From: Ptychomitrium polyphyllum
Taxonomy: Eukaryota
Length of the DNA stretch: 64,000 bases
Assembly (NCBI GenBank): GCA_973851085.1
Contig: OZ316776.1
Location: 5,766,001-5,830,000, forward strand
Direction: 5' to 3'
Shown here: positions 38,007 through 52,000 of the stretch, piece by piece
Layout of the letters: each line of letters begins with the position of its first letter
Numbering within the stretch: the stretch's first letter is position 1
Translations under genes and position numbers: made by a program
Notes under the pieces: generated by a model
What the model was told of the DNA's origin: nothing
Seen by the model: the letters and a program-made list of their open reading frames with translations, nothing else
Databases searched by the model: none

Positions 38007-40675
38007 GTAATTGAGGGCAGAAAAGAGAGCAGTCTAATTTCGGATTAAGATTTGCAGCAATAGGCAAATCTTGGATCTGTACAGCATAGAAATGTGAGAA
38101 GTTCTTAGTCTGTTCTGTATCAGTTATGGCTTTGTAAAAGCCTGGAAAAGAGCAGTAGGAACATACAACCACCTGGTATGAACTGTACGACACATTCTGT
38201 AATTATATCTTAACCATCTCCTTCCATCTGCATGATGGTTCTTTTTCTGAAATTTTTATGAGCTTCAACTATGTGCTGAAAATGATGTAACCTTACCGTA
38301 TAAAATTTAGGATAATCTGCCTTAAAATTATTTTCTCATCTACTAAAAGTCTTGAATGAGACTAGCATGACCTTTTAGGGGAGAACATTCGATGGCAGCA
38401 CACTCTGCTTTTGAAGGCATCCTGAAGTTAGTGTCATTTCCTGTTAGTTCCAAGGAATTTAGAACTAAGACATTCTAGGTTTTCTAGCCTTCCTCTATTG
38501 AAGAACGTATTACCAACTGTCTAAGTGTAACAGGATGGCCCCACAGGGTCTGAATAAGAGCAAACCTCGATTTATAGACCGCCTCTGCTTGTGCTGGTAG
38601 CTTCCTCAAGCTTTTCTGACCAATAATTATATCCGAACTCCTAAGTTATTATCCTGCATTTGTGTCGTATCCGTACGTCTTGAAATTCTCTGACACATTC
38701 AATAATGAAAGAAAATTTGGTGTATATTTAATTCACTAGGAAGTTACATTCAAGCAATTCTCCTCCATGAGACATCATACTACCTTATCCAGTGTTACCA
38801 CCAAGTGATCTAGCTACATTGTGTTCACAGGTGATCCTTGACAAGTGAGGTTCCATCCAGAGGAGCTGGGGAGGAACACTAATCGGAAATTCTGTTTGAG
38901 AAGCGGTGTGGACGACCTTCTGAAATATTCTCCTCGAAACAGGATTTCTTGGAAACACGCAACTCCTGTTATGATATACGAAGAGGGATTCGTTTAGAAT
39001 TTTGGGATACAGCGCCAGAGTAAAGCAAAGTTAGAAGGACGTAGACCAAGTCTTCATAGAAAGAACAAAAACACATGTATAACTAGGGCTATAAACCTAT
39101 TGAAAAGATGTGACAATGCAACAGCAGATCCCTATTCCCACTCTCCAGAGTCCAGAGGAGGCGAAATCAGAATCAACTGGATTGTGCAAGGATAATCTGT
39201 CTGTACCATTTCTTATTACCTCCTTAAGGTCGAGATGCAATATATTAGAGATTATCTAAATTGAAATTTACATATGCCTGCCCGATGTCTTTCCGATGGT
39301 TAGTTGACTCACCGGCTTTGTGAACTTGTATTCGTATCACAAGCCTCTTCAAAGCAACATCACAACCCTCCAGAGAGTGAGAAACCACCAATACGGTAGA
39401 TTTTCTAAAATAAATTCTTATGATAGCCCGGAGGTACAGCGAGTGGTCAGCATGATGGACTTCCACTGATATTAGTGACCATAGAATTACTTTCATCTTT
39501 ACCCACAGGAATGCCGTGTCCCGCCTGCAGGCTCATCAATTTCCGTTTCCAAGAAATGACAGCCTTCTCACTGTATCTCTGTCTAATACCGAGAGATCAT
39601 GAGTTCAAAGACTCAAAGTGCAGCTGAGTCATTACCCGTGTATAAGAGAAACGCATACGACACTAACTCATCCAGTTCCCACAACGGCCAACATTTCAAC
39701 CCTCCCCCTAAAATACGCGCGGCTTTTCGCTTGTCCAAAACATGTAAGAAAATTCTCGGATTTTTTTTACAATTTTCCCCTTCAGCATAGGATTATTCTT
39801 ACACAGAAGCAAAAGTGAACCGCATCAATCACTCTAGAATTATATGCGTAGATATAGGAGATACCGACAGCAGGGTTGAGACATGGCAACTTGCCGAGCA
39901 CGCTTTTGTCGATCATTCCATGTATGCAGGTACCCTGAACCCTTCACACCCACAGTTCCCGACCCTAAACATCATACCATGGTTTCATGGTTCCAGATGC
40001 ATGGCCTCCATCTCCATTGGAACCTAAAGACCGACGTTGTGGCATACCATAAATAGACGTGTTGTACAAGGAAAGGGAAAGGGTGTTTCGAGGGTAGCAA
40101 CAGTCACGCAGAAACTCAGGGGAGCTATGGGCTAGGGGATCACCTTGGACGAATTGGTAAAGACTTGGACGCTGGGCCTTCGTGGTGAAGCTCTTCAGAT
40201 GCACGGCAACTCATGATGCGGAACACTGTATCTCAGACTATTCTGACAATTTCAAAGCTTTTGCCTCACCTTAGGTTGTTTCCGGTGAGATGGACATATT
40301 GACGAGTACGTGCCAGAGGCTTTCTTCATAGGAATCGAAGAGCGTTGTGGTGTGATTAAAAATCCTACTTTTGAGCATCATCTTAGTGCTTTCTGGAAGT
40401 GTACCTTGATGCGATCATGTACGTAGTGAATTGATTTTGTTGAAGGATGCGCGCACAAGAGATGATTTCCTTCGCAAGTACGCCTGTCGAGGTGTGGCGA
40501 TTTGAGAGAAAGTCTCTCGCAGTGCTGAAGTAGAGCTGGAGGTGGGTTTTGGGGTTTCTAGTGAACAGGATGTGAATGCCTGTGTTCCCAAGTGTGCACA
40601 CGCCAAGCAATTGATGAGGTCGGGGGAACGAAGGCAGCAATCAAGAGTTGCAATTGTAGGAGTAGTGCACACACA

Positions 40676-42541
40676 ATGATGTCCGCTATGGCATATGTGT
40701 GGTCACTTATGGGATTGGTGACGATCATCCGAGGTTTTCTTCCGCCGGAATTCAACAATTTCATGAGACTTTGGACGAGGAAACTGATAAAGAAGCTGTG
40801 GGGGTCGGACCCTTACTGCCGATTTCACATCGACGAGCTTGATAGCAAGCGGCGCACGAATAATCTCTACCGCGTCGTGGAGATGCACCTGCGAGCGAAG
40901 CATCTAATTGAAGATGCTGATGATTTACACCTCTCCCAGGAAGAGACAGCGAAGAAAATCAGCTTGACGCTCGCAGGTGAGGCCCTCGACCACCCTCTCT
41001 GCTTCATGATTACTACCTGTGAAGATGCAGATGGAACCTCTCACGCTTCCAAGTGGGGATCTCATCAAGACTAGAGCTAACCTCAATACGAATCGTCTTG
41101 TTTCCTTTGCGGCAGGAGAGGAGACAGTGTCAGAGATATACGAGGGGGTGAAAGTATGGTGGACATTCACAAGCGAGAAATCCAAGAGCCAAAACGGAGG
41201 CGAGAGAGACGAGAACAAGTACGTCCTCAAGATGCTGAAAGCAGACAAAAACTTCGTCAGGACGCGCTACATGGACTATGTTCTGCTTAGCGCTAAAGAG
41301 TATAAGTCCCAACTGCGTGACTTGTACCTGTTTAGCTACAACAATGACCGGTGGAAGGCGCACACGTTCCACCATCCGTCCACCTTCGACACCCTCGCCA
41401 TGGATCCCGAGTCCAAATACCGCCTCATGGCCGACCTCCAATCCTACATGGAAGGCGAAGCCTACTTTAAGCGCGTCGGCCGCGCCTGGAAGCGAGGCTA
41501 CCTCCTCTATGGCCCTCCCGGCACCGGCAAAAGCTCTCTCATCGCCGCCATGGCGAACCGCCTCCGTTACAACATCTATGACCTCGAGCTCACCCAGGTA
41601 CGCATGCATCCTACAAACCCATCTCTATCTAATGACGACCTCTTGCTTCAGTACTTCCATCTTCAATCGATCGCCTTCAGCTACTCGATCGCACATCGAG
41701 TGTTGCGGTTTTCTCTGCAACCCCAACTAACATGTATCCCAATTGGGTTCACTCGAACCAGGTGACAAGCAACAACCAGCTCAAAACGCTCATGACGAAC
41801 ACAAGCAGCAAGTCGATAATCGTGATAGAAGACATTGACTGCTCTTTGGACCTTACGGGCACAAGAGTAGGATCATCAAAACCTCAAGAGAAGCCAAGGA
41901 TACCGAATAAGCAAGCCAATTCCTTCGGCAGCGCTGTGACGCTGTCCGGCCTGTTAAACTTCAGCGACGGGCTGTGGTCGTGCTGCGGCAACGAGCGCAT
42001 CATCATTTTCACAACGAATCATATCGAGAAGCTCGACGCGGGCCTGCTGCGACCGGGCCGCATGGACATGCACATCCACATGTCGTTCTGCACCTTTGAC
42101 ATCTTCAAAGTGCTAGCGATGAACTACTTGTCAATTGCAACGCATTCACTGTTTGCGCGAGTCGAGAAGCTCCTGCTGGAGGACAATGCTCGCGTAACGC
42201 CGGCGGAGGTGAGCGAGTTTCTGTTCCAGCACAAGAACGACAGAGAGCTCGCGCTGCAGACGCTAGTTGATAATCTGGAGCGGCGGGCTATGGAAGGCGA
42301 CGCTGTGGTAATCGGCGAGGCCGATTATCTAGAATCCGCTGAGTTCGAGATTGAGGAAGATGGCTCAGGGGGAGAAAAAGATGGAGATCAAGAGGACAAA
42401 GAGTGCACTCGCATCCATTGCAATGTGAAGCAGCATCAATCTCAAGGCGATATGCTTAGAGTGTACATGAATTATAGCCAACGGATGTGGAGGCAAGGCG
42501 GGGCAGGGCGGGGCAGGGGATCCCGCACAAGTCGATACTGA
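40676..42541 (+). CDS. BCS1-like plant AAA-ATPase (AAA_assoc N-domain plus AAA core); two introns
   Basis: Exons are 40676-40976, ~41115-41597 and 41762-42541. Motifs: HPSTFDTLAMD, GRAWKRGYLLYGPPGTGKS (Walker A), IIVIEDIDC (Walker B), VTLSGLLNFSDGLWS, FTTNH, LLRPGRMDMHI. Confidence 0.94.
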
Positions 42542-43919
42542 AACTTGTTGCTGGTAGTTTTCATATTTCGTTTGATTTCTGAATCTAGAGCAATTCGATC
42601 CAAAATGGATGGATGTGTGTTGGGTGCGAGATTGAGAACTCATGTTGCTCTTGAGCTTTGAATTTTCCATGAGTTGTGCCTCTTCTCTATGAGTTTCGAG
42701 GTCTTTTGCTGGTTTGCGCATCTCTTGCTGGTGGACGATTTGGACACGAGATGGTGATTGTGTTCGAGGTGACGTTTGTTGAACGACGGAATTCAATGGG
42801 TGAGTGCTGTGATTCTCTGGGCTCTCTTCTGGTGAAGCTTGTGTTGTGTTGTGAAAATGAAATTCGGATATTATCAGGCAAAGTGTGATAGCTACAAAAG
42901 CAAGGATATGTGGGAAATTAATCTGGTCTCGCTCAATGCTTTGTACCAATATAAAGTAATGTAGCTTGAGTCGGGTATTCTGGAGAACATTTGGAAAGCT
43001 CGACATCCTTCACCAGCAGGAGTGAAAGCACTTCTTCTCGGAAGATGGTTGAATGGAATAGTTGATGTTAAGAGAAGCATTGCCAACAGGTTTTCCTACA
43101 CAAAGGAAAAACAAGATGATAATGACGACCATTTACACAAATATGAATTATCTCACCAGTTGAGCAAGGTGGTATTGCAGGTCACGTCACTTGCACACAA
43201 TCCAACGATTCAACGATCCACATGACAAGGTCAACTTATAATGAAGAACCTTGGTTTCTCCAAGATTAACCAACGTAGTCTCTGTACACATATATTCATC
43301 CTTACGGTGCGTTCAGTCTCGTATGCTAAATCAACACCGTCCACCAAGCGACGAAAACAGGTGTCGCGGGAAACTGAGGCATGATCAGCACAGAAAGCAT
43401 CAAGGGTGATTGACAACTTCCCCAACCCAACACTGTTAAGAACCTATGCTACTGATTTGATGCAAGCTTCCTTCATCACTCTCCTTTGCACAGTTTTATT
43501 GAATGACCCACTTCAACAATCTGTAGCTACTCCAACAATCGAGATAAGGATAACCTTTCTGTGATCTGACCCTGTACCGCTTGCATAGGCGACCAAAAAG
43601 ACCTAACAACTTCGTGAAATTCAGATATACTCAGACCTCGGGGACGACGGCCGACATGCAGGCGTGACAACCGTATCACCTGCAGAGCACTCCTGTGCGC
43701 TGTTTGTAGAGAATTTACACTTTCTGCTGGAAATTAGGTTAAGGTAAGGCCTCAAGCATCCCCTAAGACTTTGTGACTATCCTTGAGACTTTGTGTAATA
43801 AATTCGCTAGAATGGTCGTCTATAACTCACTGAGGTGCATGGAACCACGGTATTCACCATCAAACCATGACCGAAATGGTGGACTAAGCATGGAGGAGTA
43901 AAATATACAACAGAGTGGC

Positions 43920-45162
43920 TTAGACTCGCTTGAGCTCCTGAATGTGGATGTTCTTCTGAGCTTCCAGCAGACCTTGCCAATACTGCAAGAGCTTATTTTG
44001 CTTCTCAAGCAATGTGTCCTTTGCTTTAAGTTCCGCCTCAAGTCCTGCTATTTCCTGCAGTAAGTTCACGAATGGGTCACAATCCTATGCATGCTTGGAA
44101 TTGCAGAACAATGCGAATGCAAGATTTGACTTCGTGAAAGAGAGTCGAAAACAAAAGAGAGGGAAATTAATCAAAATACGAAAACGTTTTAATTTGATCT
44201 GGATGGAAAGATAGCAACCATTCATGTAACAAAGGAACCCCTCCAAACTGAAAAGCAAAAACTTCAACCTCAACAAATCCACACCTTTCTTAAAGTTTCT
44301 TCTCTAGTAGGTTGATGTTGATGTTGGACTCGTATGAAATACAATTGCAAATTCTTAGCTGCCTCCATGAAATCAGCCGCATGTCTTTCCACATCAACTG
44401 CACACATAGAACCAACAGCAGCTCTCTCCAGCTCAGTGCAAATGATGCAGACTCCCAAATCATAGCTCCGATAAAAAAGACACATTGTAAGACAAACAGA
44501 AACTTCCATAGTGAAAGACTTCTGAATAAGACCACCCACATTTCAACCACAAATTCTAGCCACAGCAATGCAAAATCTGGGCCAGAATCATCTCCAATGA
44601 CACGCGTGCGATTCCACACTACCCTCAGATGTGAAACCTACATAGGAACATCTGTAGTACATTTCCAAGAACTTGTGCTTATCAAGCCGATGCCTAGATA
44701 TGCTAAGGACAAGCACATCTCCATTCCAGTTTCAAAATCACCAAAACCCTAAAATGCATCGTCAACTTTAAGTCCATACGACCATACGCTTTGCAAACAC
44801 ACACCAACGAACTAGCTACAGAAGATAACCTAACTGATATACACATGGGAAAAGGGCATCGAAACCCAAAAAAATAATCCCCCTGTCCTTCAGCTAACAG
44901 ACCAAACATCGTCACCAGCAACTTCAACCCAGAACAACCGAGTAAAATATATACACATGTCAAAAAGCGAAGAACAACAATTCAAAAACATGATGAGAAA
45001 CATGATGAAAGATATGTGGTTAGCAGGGCATTGACCTTGATCTGAGGGGTGCGTGGAGCGGTCGGCAGCCTGAAGCTCCCGAGCTGGCAAGCACGGCAGA
45101 AGAGCTGCATCCAGCGATGCAACGAGGCTGGGCAGATCCAGGGGACTGCCCGGCGTGGCCAT
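43920..45162 (-). CDS. MED28: Mediator of RNA polymerase II transcription subunit 28; three exons
   Basis: MATPGSPLDLPSLVASLDAALLPCLPARELQAADRSTHPSDQ|VDVERHAADFMEAAKNLQLYF…ETLRK|EIAGLEAELKAKDTLL…ELKRV*. This matches the plant MED28 signature AALLPCLPARELQA…DVERHARDFMEAAKKLQLYF. Confidence 0.93.
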
Positions 45163-45390
45163 CACCACGGAAGTGATTGCGGAGATTTGTCTAATCTGTT
45201 ATGTGGTATGCCATGCACTGTAGTATTGCAGCAAAAGCAGAGGAAGCACTATCAGTCTCGTAATGCTGGGCGAGACGCAAGGGACTCGTCGCCCACAAGT
45301 CTCCTTCTCCCTGTCTACTCCGGGCCCCACTGAAACCGACGAATGGGTGCCTAAGAAAGGATGGAGTCCGACAGTGAGCCTCCACAGTGC

Positions 45391-45485
45391 AAGTCATAAT
45401 TCATGACCCCTATGGTGCTCTTGGTAGACCCTCTCCTTCCGTTTGTAGGGTATCTACGCTAACTCATCCTTGAAGTACTTACCCT
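45391..45485. mobile_element. Partial (right-half) copy of the MITE at 7765-7889
   Basis: …AATTCATGACCCCTA…TTTGTAGGGTATCTACGCTAACTCATCCTTGAAGTACTTACCCT aligns with …AATTCAGCCCCCTA…TTTGTAGGCTAACTACACTCTCAATCTTGAAGTATTTACCCT. Confidence 0.6.
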
Positions 45486-46657
45486 CTGAACACGTTCATG
45501 TACAGTATTCAATGAAGGAGTTGTTTGTAACATTTTATACAGAAAAGTATCTTCTTTTGCATATTCTTGTAACACTTTATTACAATGAACATTATGATTT
45601 TTAATGCTCTTCCTTTAAATCAAAATACATTTGCCATTTTCAGGATTCATTTTTTTTAATTTCTTCCTGTAAAAATCAAACTTCGTAAAATTCATTTTTT
45701 TCCTGAAAGTAAACGGTTACATAAATAGTGCTCACTACCTTGCCCTTTTGAAACAAATAAAGAAATATTAGAAATTCTAGATTTTGAAATGTTCTTAAAG
45801 GACACTAAGACTTGTTACACACGCCTGAACTGTACTTTACGTAGAAAGTGGCTCGGAGCTAGCAAACGACATAGTGATTAGAGACAAGTTTGAAACGGAA
45901 AGCCCCAGTGGACTCTTTCAGATAGTAATTAATTCTTCTAGATAAGGCTCAACATGAGCAGCTCGGAAATAGGCCTCTCAAGGATTTTGGATCCTGTAGG
46001 AATGCTAAATCCTTCTGTTCTCATATGCTACACCGGTGGACAGAAGACTCGAATCAAGACATGGTGCAGCAGGGAGAAGCAATGGATGCCAAAAACATCC
46101 GTACTCATCTTCTACTCAATATCATCATTTTAGGCCCATATGCACCAACTGTTTTTCATATTCTGTGTATATTCAGATGGCAACAAGTGACTCAATTCCA
46201 ATAAGATCCCTACAATATCGTGAAAATCAACCCAGGAGATTGAGGGTTCTAGAAACTCCTCAATCATGTGTGCAGGCCATCTGAGACACATATATCTTAC
46301 TTTACAGACATGCGAGCGCTGGTATGTTCTACATACAAGCTGCCATGATTAATGTATCACCGAATCTCCTCATCACGTCCACAACACTGAAACGTGCAAT
46401 TAATTCACAGCTCTATCAAACTGATCAAGTCTTGGTGCATCAAAGTGTGGCAGCAAATCGCTCCCAAGCAACCTGCACTACGAGTTGAAGCACCGATCAT
46501 GTTGATACTTCTACCTCCAAAGCTGAGCTAGCTAAGCAATGCCACCGAGAGATCATGACATGAACTCCAGGAATCGGTGTTTTTGAGTGTGTTTGGAGGC
46601 TGGTCCAGTGCATCAAGGCTGTGAAGTGGTTTTAACGGTCGCTCTTGGCTGTGGAGA

Positions 46658-49083
46658 CTAACCCAACCGGAAGGAAGAAGGATCAAAATCATCCGGCCCG
46701 TTGTCCTTCATCCATGTCCTCAAGCTTCTCTTGGCAGCAGCGCCGCTGAACGACACCACCTCGTACATGCTGCACACGTTTGCGATGACCGCCTCGTTTA
46801 CCAGCCGCTTCGGGCCCTTGAAAATTGCATCCTCCAGGGTGTCGGTTGCATCAAGTAGTTGCCGGTTGTACAGCAAACATAGCGCCTGTCAACCATGGAA
46901 CAATTCTTAGTCATTGGCACGTTAACCTATTGAAGCAGGTCATCATGAAGGTGCAACAAAAAATGGGTTTAAGGTTGAGGTTTACTTTGTTGTTGGCAGA
47001 GACGATGTCGTCAGGGTCTTTAGCCAAAACGGCGTCAAACTCAGCGATGGCCTCAGGGAACTGCCCTAACGCAACATTTAAAATTCCCCTGTTCCGACGT
47101 ACTAAGTTTCTCAATTCGAGGTCTGAGGAAGACGACGACGATAACACCAACGCTTCGACGTCGGCGAACGTCTTCTGCGCTCCTTGGACGTCACCGAGCT
47201 GGAGCTGAAGGAGAGCGGCTTTGGCTTTTAAGTGAGGATCTGACGGCGACTTGGCCACGAGCTTGTCCAGCCATTGGAGCGCAACCAAAAATTGCTGATG
47301 ATGCATGTGATATGCCACTATGGAGAAGCACACTGCTTCTCTTCGCCTCCGCCATGTCGAGAGCAAGCCCTCTAAAATGGCAATGTCAGAATCAACTATA
47401 GATTCATTTTCAATGTGCAGATTGGCCATCGCTACTTCACGACCAGGTATAGATTCTAAATCCTCAGTGTGGAGGTTGGCCACCACGAATTCTCGAGCAG
47501 TGACGAGTTCGACTCGTGCTTGGGTATCGGTGTCGGACGTTGAGGTGGAAGTGCTCTCGGGTCTCTCTGCCGAGTCCAGAGAACGTTCTGCTTGCAGAGC
47601 GTCTATCTGGACAGAACCAACGTCGAATCTCTTGATAAGTTCACGGTGGACGTAGCAAACAGTAAGAGCATACACAGGGAACAATTCAACTTAAATTCTA
47701 TCAAAAGGAGAGAATTCGGTAAGACTCAGAAGATGAAGCAAAGAGCGAGATCAACCTGAGAGTCACAGTGTGCGAGAAGTTTGTAAAGACGGTACAGAGT
47801 TTCGCTAGCCTTGCCTACTCGGTGGGGAAGCTCGGCGTGCATACACCGTAAAGCAAACGGCACCATCGACCCTGCTCAGACCAGATTAAGCTACAATTAT
47901 GAGCGATACACTTTCAGAATTTATCAAGGCAAATTGGTGGTACCGATACCCTAAATTTCTGCTCTGCACTCACAAAAGCGAGGAGTCTTGTACAGCAGAT
48001 AAGGGGTGCCCTCTTGCAACTGACCTGATTTTCCTGGATACAATTCCGGGTGATTCTCGAATCTGTACTGTGGTGCATTCAAATCACCAAAAGCTGCAAT
48101 TTCCAGCGCAGCGGCACGGTAGTCCTGAAGCTTCATCAAGGCCAGAAGATGGTAAGTTCCATAAGCAATCTCCTGGTCCGGCGTCGACAGTAAGCCTCGC
48201 CTCTGCGCATCCTTCACTCTTCCAATGAGCAGCTTCCAGGATCCCTGTCTCTGCCACATCCCACTAATTCTCCACTTCAGCTTCAACACAAAATATAAGC
48301 CCATTGCGATCACTTTCCCAAGCAATCGAACTGTACAATACACTTGTCTTAAGCATATCAATCTAGGTCAAAACACAGAGAGGGGAATACAGAAGTGTGT
48401 ACCGCGAACTGCCTAAGCCTCCGGATGTCAACAGACACCTGCTTGAAAGAACACCGTGAAAAGGAAAGATGGCGAATAGGTGCGGACTTCATCGCAGGGA
48501 AAAAATCCAGGCTATGGCTATGGCTATGGCCGTTACTCAAGCGATACTCGGCAGACCCCCTCTTTACGGACGCTCCTGAACTTCCAGCTTCTCCACCTCG
48601 GGGCACCGATCTCCAAGGACTGGACGTCGAAGAATCGAGACCATTTCCATTGCTAGTCACGTGATTCTTCACCGGCGCTCTCGGAATCCCACCTTCACCT
48701 CGCCCCGACCTCCATGGACTTGGCGTCGACACACTCTCCACCTCATAATCGATGTTGCCAGGATAGGTCAATGACTTGGAGTGCGAGATTAACCCATTCT
48801 GATACTTGGCCACGGAATTGCCCGCTGAGAAGCCCCCCGAACTCGTTGGAGTGGACAAAGGCAACAACTTCCCATTGCCGGCTAAGAAGCTCCCAGAACG
48901 CGTCGAGGTCAACGGGGTCGACAACTTCTTCTGGGACGAGTGGGGCGAAGCGGGGAGATGCGCACCGTAAGGTGGAGTCCGCGGAGACGGAGCACCCGGC
49001 GGTACTTTGAATGCGGAAACACCGGAGTATTCGATCCCGAACTCAATAATGGGTGTAAAATCATCATAATCCTCCATGGCCAT
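46658..49083 (-). CDS. TRAPPC12: Trafficking protein particle complex subunit 12 (TPR protein) with a long low-complexity N-extension; spliced
   Basis: LLALMKLQDY…FGDLNAPQYRFENHPELYPGKS|GSMVPFALRCMHAELP is the TRAPPC12/TTC15 signature. C-terminal TPRs include LQLQLGDVQGA, NRGILNVALGQFPEA and SANNK|ALCLLY, ending NVCSMYE…PDDFDPSSFRLG*. The start at 49083 is the first in-frame ATG; upstream exons are possible. Confidence 0.85.
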
Positions 49084-52000
49084 CCGACTATGGCTCCTGT
49101 TAGCTCCTCTATTACTCTTGACAACTCCTTGGCATGCATCTGCCAATTTGATAGCGGGGCGAACCTCCGAAGCCTAATTTGCAAGCAAAACCCATGTCCG
49201 CATGCGCTCTGCTCCGCTTCCTCAACATGTTACCAGGAGCACTCACCCTGCTGAACTAGGGTTTTCTCTCTGCTCGTGTACTTGAGATTACGAATTTCGA
49301 AAACAGAAGGGTGGCGCAAATTGAGTTCATCATCCCTAAAAGCATTATTTTCGCAAGTAGGTTGATTTAGGTTCAAATTTTCTGCTCCCCTAAATTTCTG
49401 TGGTGGATCCTATCAATTCCTGGAAACAAAATCGACCACCAGGAACCCATCCTTCTCGTTCAGCGATGGCGCAGAAAGGCTAATCAAAATGGTACTCAAT
49501 AGCGGCTTGACAGATTCAGGCAAGCAGCCCAGACGAACCGACCGCTGCCAGATTGAGATTCACGACAGGCTCTGAAATGAATCGTTAGAGCAGTTAATCT
49601 CCTAATGCAGAACAGTATTGCCCTGTTTTATCAAAACAAGAAAGAACATACCGCCGCGAAGATCGTCAAACCCCATCGAAATACTTGCACAGTAAGAAAG
49701 CTCTCAAAGAAATTGCATCCCTCCCAACCACGAAGTTCAAAAATTCCAATGGAAACTTCTACTGTACTATTCCACGCACGACGTCGTCACCTTAGCAACA
49801 ATAAAATTCCAGTCTGTTCACCATCACCAATCCGCACTTGCATCAACAGTCTTCTCCAACATCGACCTCTTCCTCTAGACCCCCAGAGAGGGAAAAACGC
49901 TCAAAAACTCAAACACTAAAAAACTCCCCCTTTCCCCCGGAACTTTAAACCCCAGCAACAAACAACTTAACGAACTTCACCCCCGACGCCACTCACCCAG
50001 CCTCGAACGACGACGGCTCCACGACGTGATTCAAACCACAAAACCAACCCAACTTCGGCGAAAAAACAGCATCAGTGCCTACTACCCGCCATCTCGATCG
50101 AGAAACAGTCCAAGTTCATCATAAACCCCGAGCCGCAAAGACAAAAACATCCATAGAAGAGCGCGAGACGGATCGACGTCGGTTCAAAAATCAGAAGCAG
50201 CTTACAAGGCATCTACTTGAGCATAGTAGCTTCGGCTTCGGCTTTGGCAAGCGACGCTCAGCTGCACCAGTGATCTGTCCGCAATGGGCCATCGATGCTC
50301 GAACCAGTTGTGATGCGCGCACTGGCCAGATCGAGCGCCCTGCTAAACTTGGCACTGCTCGATGCGCCGCCTCCGCATCGCTCGCTCAGATCGCACGATG
50401 CAATCTAGACACAATCTAGAATGTCGCGGCACTCTCCTTCTGTCGTGGATATCACAGAAGTATCACCTGGGCATCGCACCGTCGTCGCATGTCGGCTGCC
50501 TAGGTACCGGTTGCGCGAACTGGACATGGAAGTCCACGAGACGTCATGGTTCCCGCAGCTACGACAGGTTGAGTATGCTGCATACCCTGCCGATAGTACG
50601 TGCATTTCTCAGGAGATACGCAAGGGTATCGTAAGGGTATCTGGAGGATATCGAGAGGGAATCGAGATTTCCATCCGACGCATCGTTCCACGCTACTGAG
50701 ACGAGTTTACCCATTTCTTTCGTGGACTGCCCAGTCAACCTGTTTGAATTCACTGTCGTCGCCTTCAAGTGCATGAGATTGGTAGGTACATAAGGCATGA
50801 CATTATCGGGTTGCTCTGCTGTGCTCATCCTGTGTTCTTTTACGTTTTACGTGGAGCGTGTAGAAGGCCGCCTTACACCTTCTCCCGTCGCACTCACTTG
50901 AAGGATTTTTGCCACTTTGAATAATGTGATTGGTTGAGATTTCAAGTTTTTCTTAACGTTTTACATCTCATTCGTCATCCATGGGAGAAGTGATTAAAAG
51001 ATGGATGAGAAATGGATTGGCCACCTACGTGACAACAATTGTTGCAAGAAAGTCTTCTCTTGTTGACCGTTTTTTGGAGTGCTCTTGGAATAGCAACCTT
51101 AAAGCTTATTCACAAGAGAAGTCCTCTAGCATTCAATATTATTTTGGTGTCTTTTCATCTTTTCTATGGACTGTCCTTTGCCTAAAACAGTCATATATTA
51201 AATTGAAATGATTGCTTTGTTTAAAAAATACAAATAATTTACTTTTTTAAATATATGTGACAATCCACAAAATCTTATTTTTGTAGTATTTTATGGCCAT
51301 ACAATCATGATTTTTTAATATAATAGGATATGACAAGTAAAAAATATGGTTTAATATTTTTTAATGCATTTAATTGAAATGATTGTTATTGTACTATTCA
51401 ATGTAGGATAAAATAAACAAAGAGTGCCTAGTATAGTGGAAACCATTTTAATGTGATTTTGGGAACGCAAAAGAAAACTTTTGGATAATAATCTTTATCA
51501 AAGTGATTTTAAATTGTGATCAACAATAATATAATACTATTTTGTTGTTTTCTTTTTCTTTTTTAAATGCTAGATTTTGTTATATGTTGTCTACTTATAT
51601 ATTTGAAAACTTAATTAAGATATAATGAAATCATCTAGCCAAAAAATGTAAAGGTGAATTTAAGTTTTCAAATTATAAAGTATGTTGAAAGGTAATAAAA
51701 TCCAATTTCATACTACAAATATTTGAAATCAACATTTGAAATTATTTTTAAATTATATCAACATATATTAATTAATTTTTTTCTAAAATCATTTATACTA
51801 AATATATATTATAAAAAATTCTCATATATTAAAAAATTATTTGTTCATACTTTAACATGAAAAAGTTCCTTCTTATTTTAATAAATAAAAATTTGATTAA
51901 AAAAAATGTTCATTTATATTTTACTATCAATTCTCAACGTTTGTATTAAATATGAATTATGTTAAAATTCATTAATTAATTTATAGCACAAAAAATTTGT

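Noticed and set aside
38940..39025. DFLETRNSCYDIRRGIRLEFWDTAPE*, resembling Rab GTPase WDTAGQE
   Set aside because: There is no P-loop or NKxD motif nearby, and the spacing is off. Probably chance or too decayed to call.
39925..40210. Coding-looking segment upstream of the AAA-ATPase
   Set aside because: No recognisable protein motif, and the frames are interrupted by stops.
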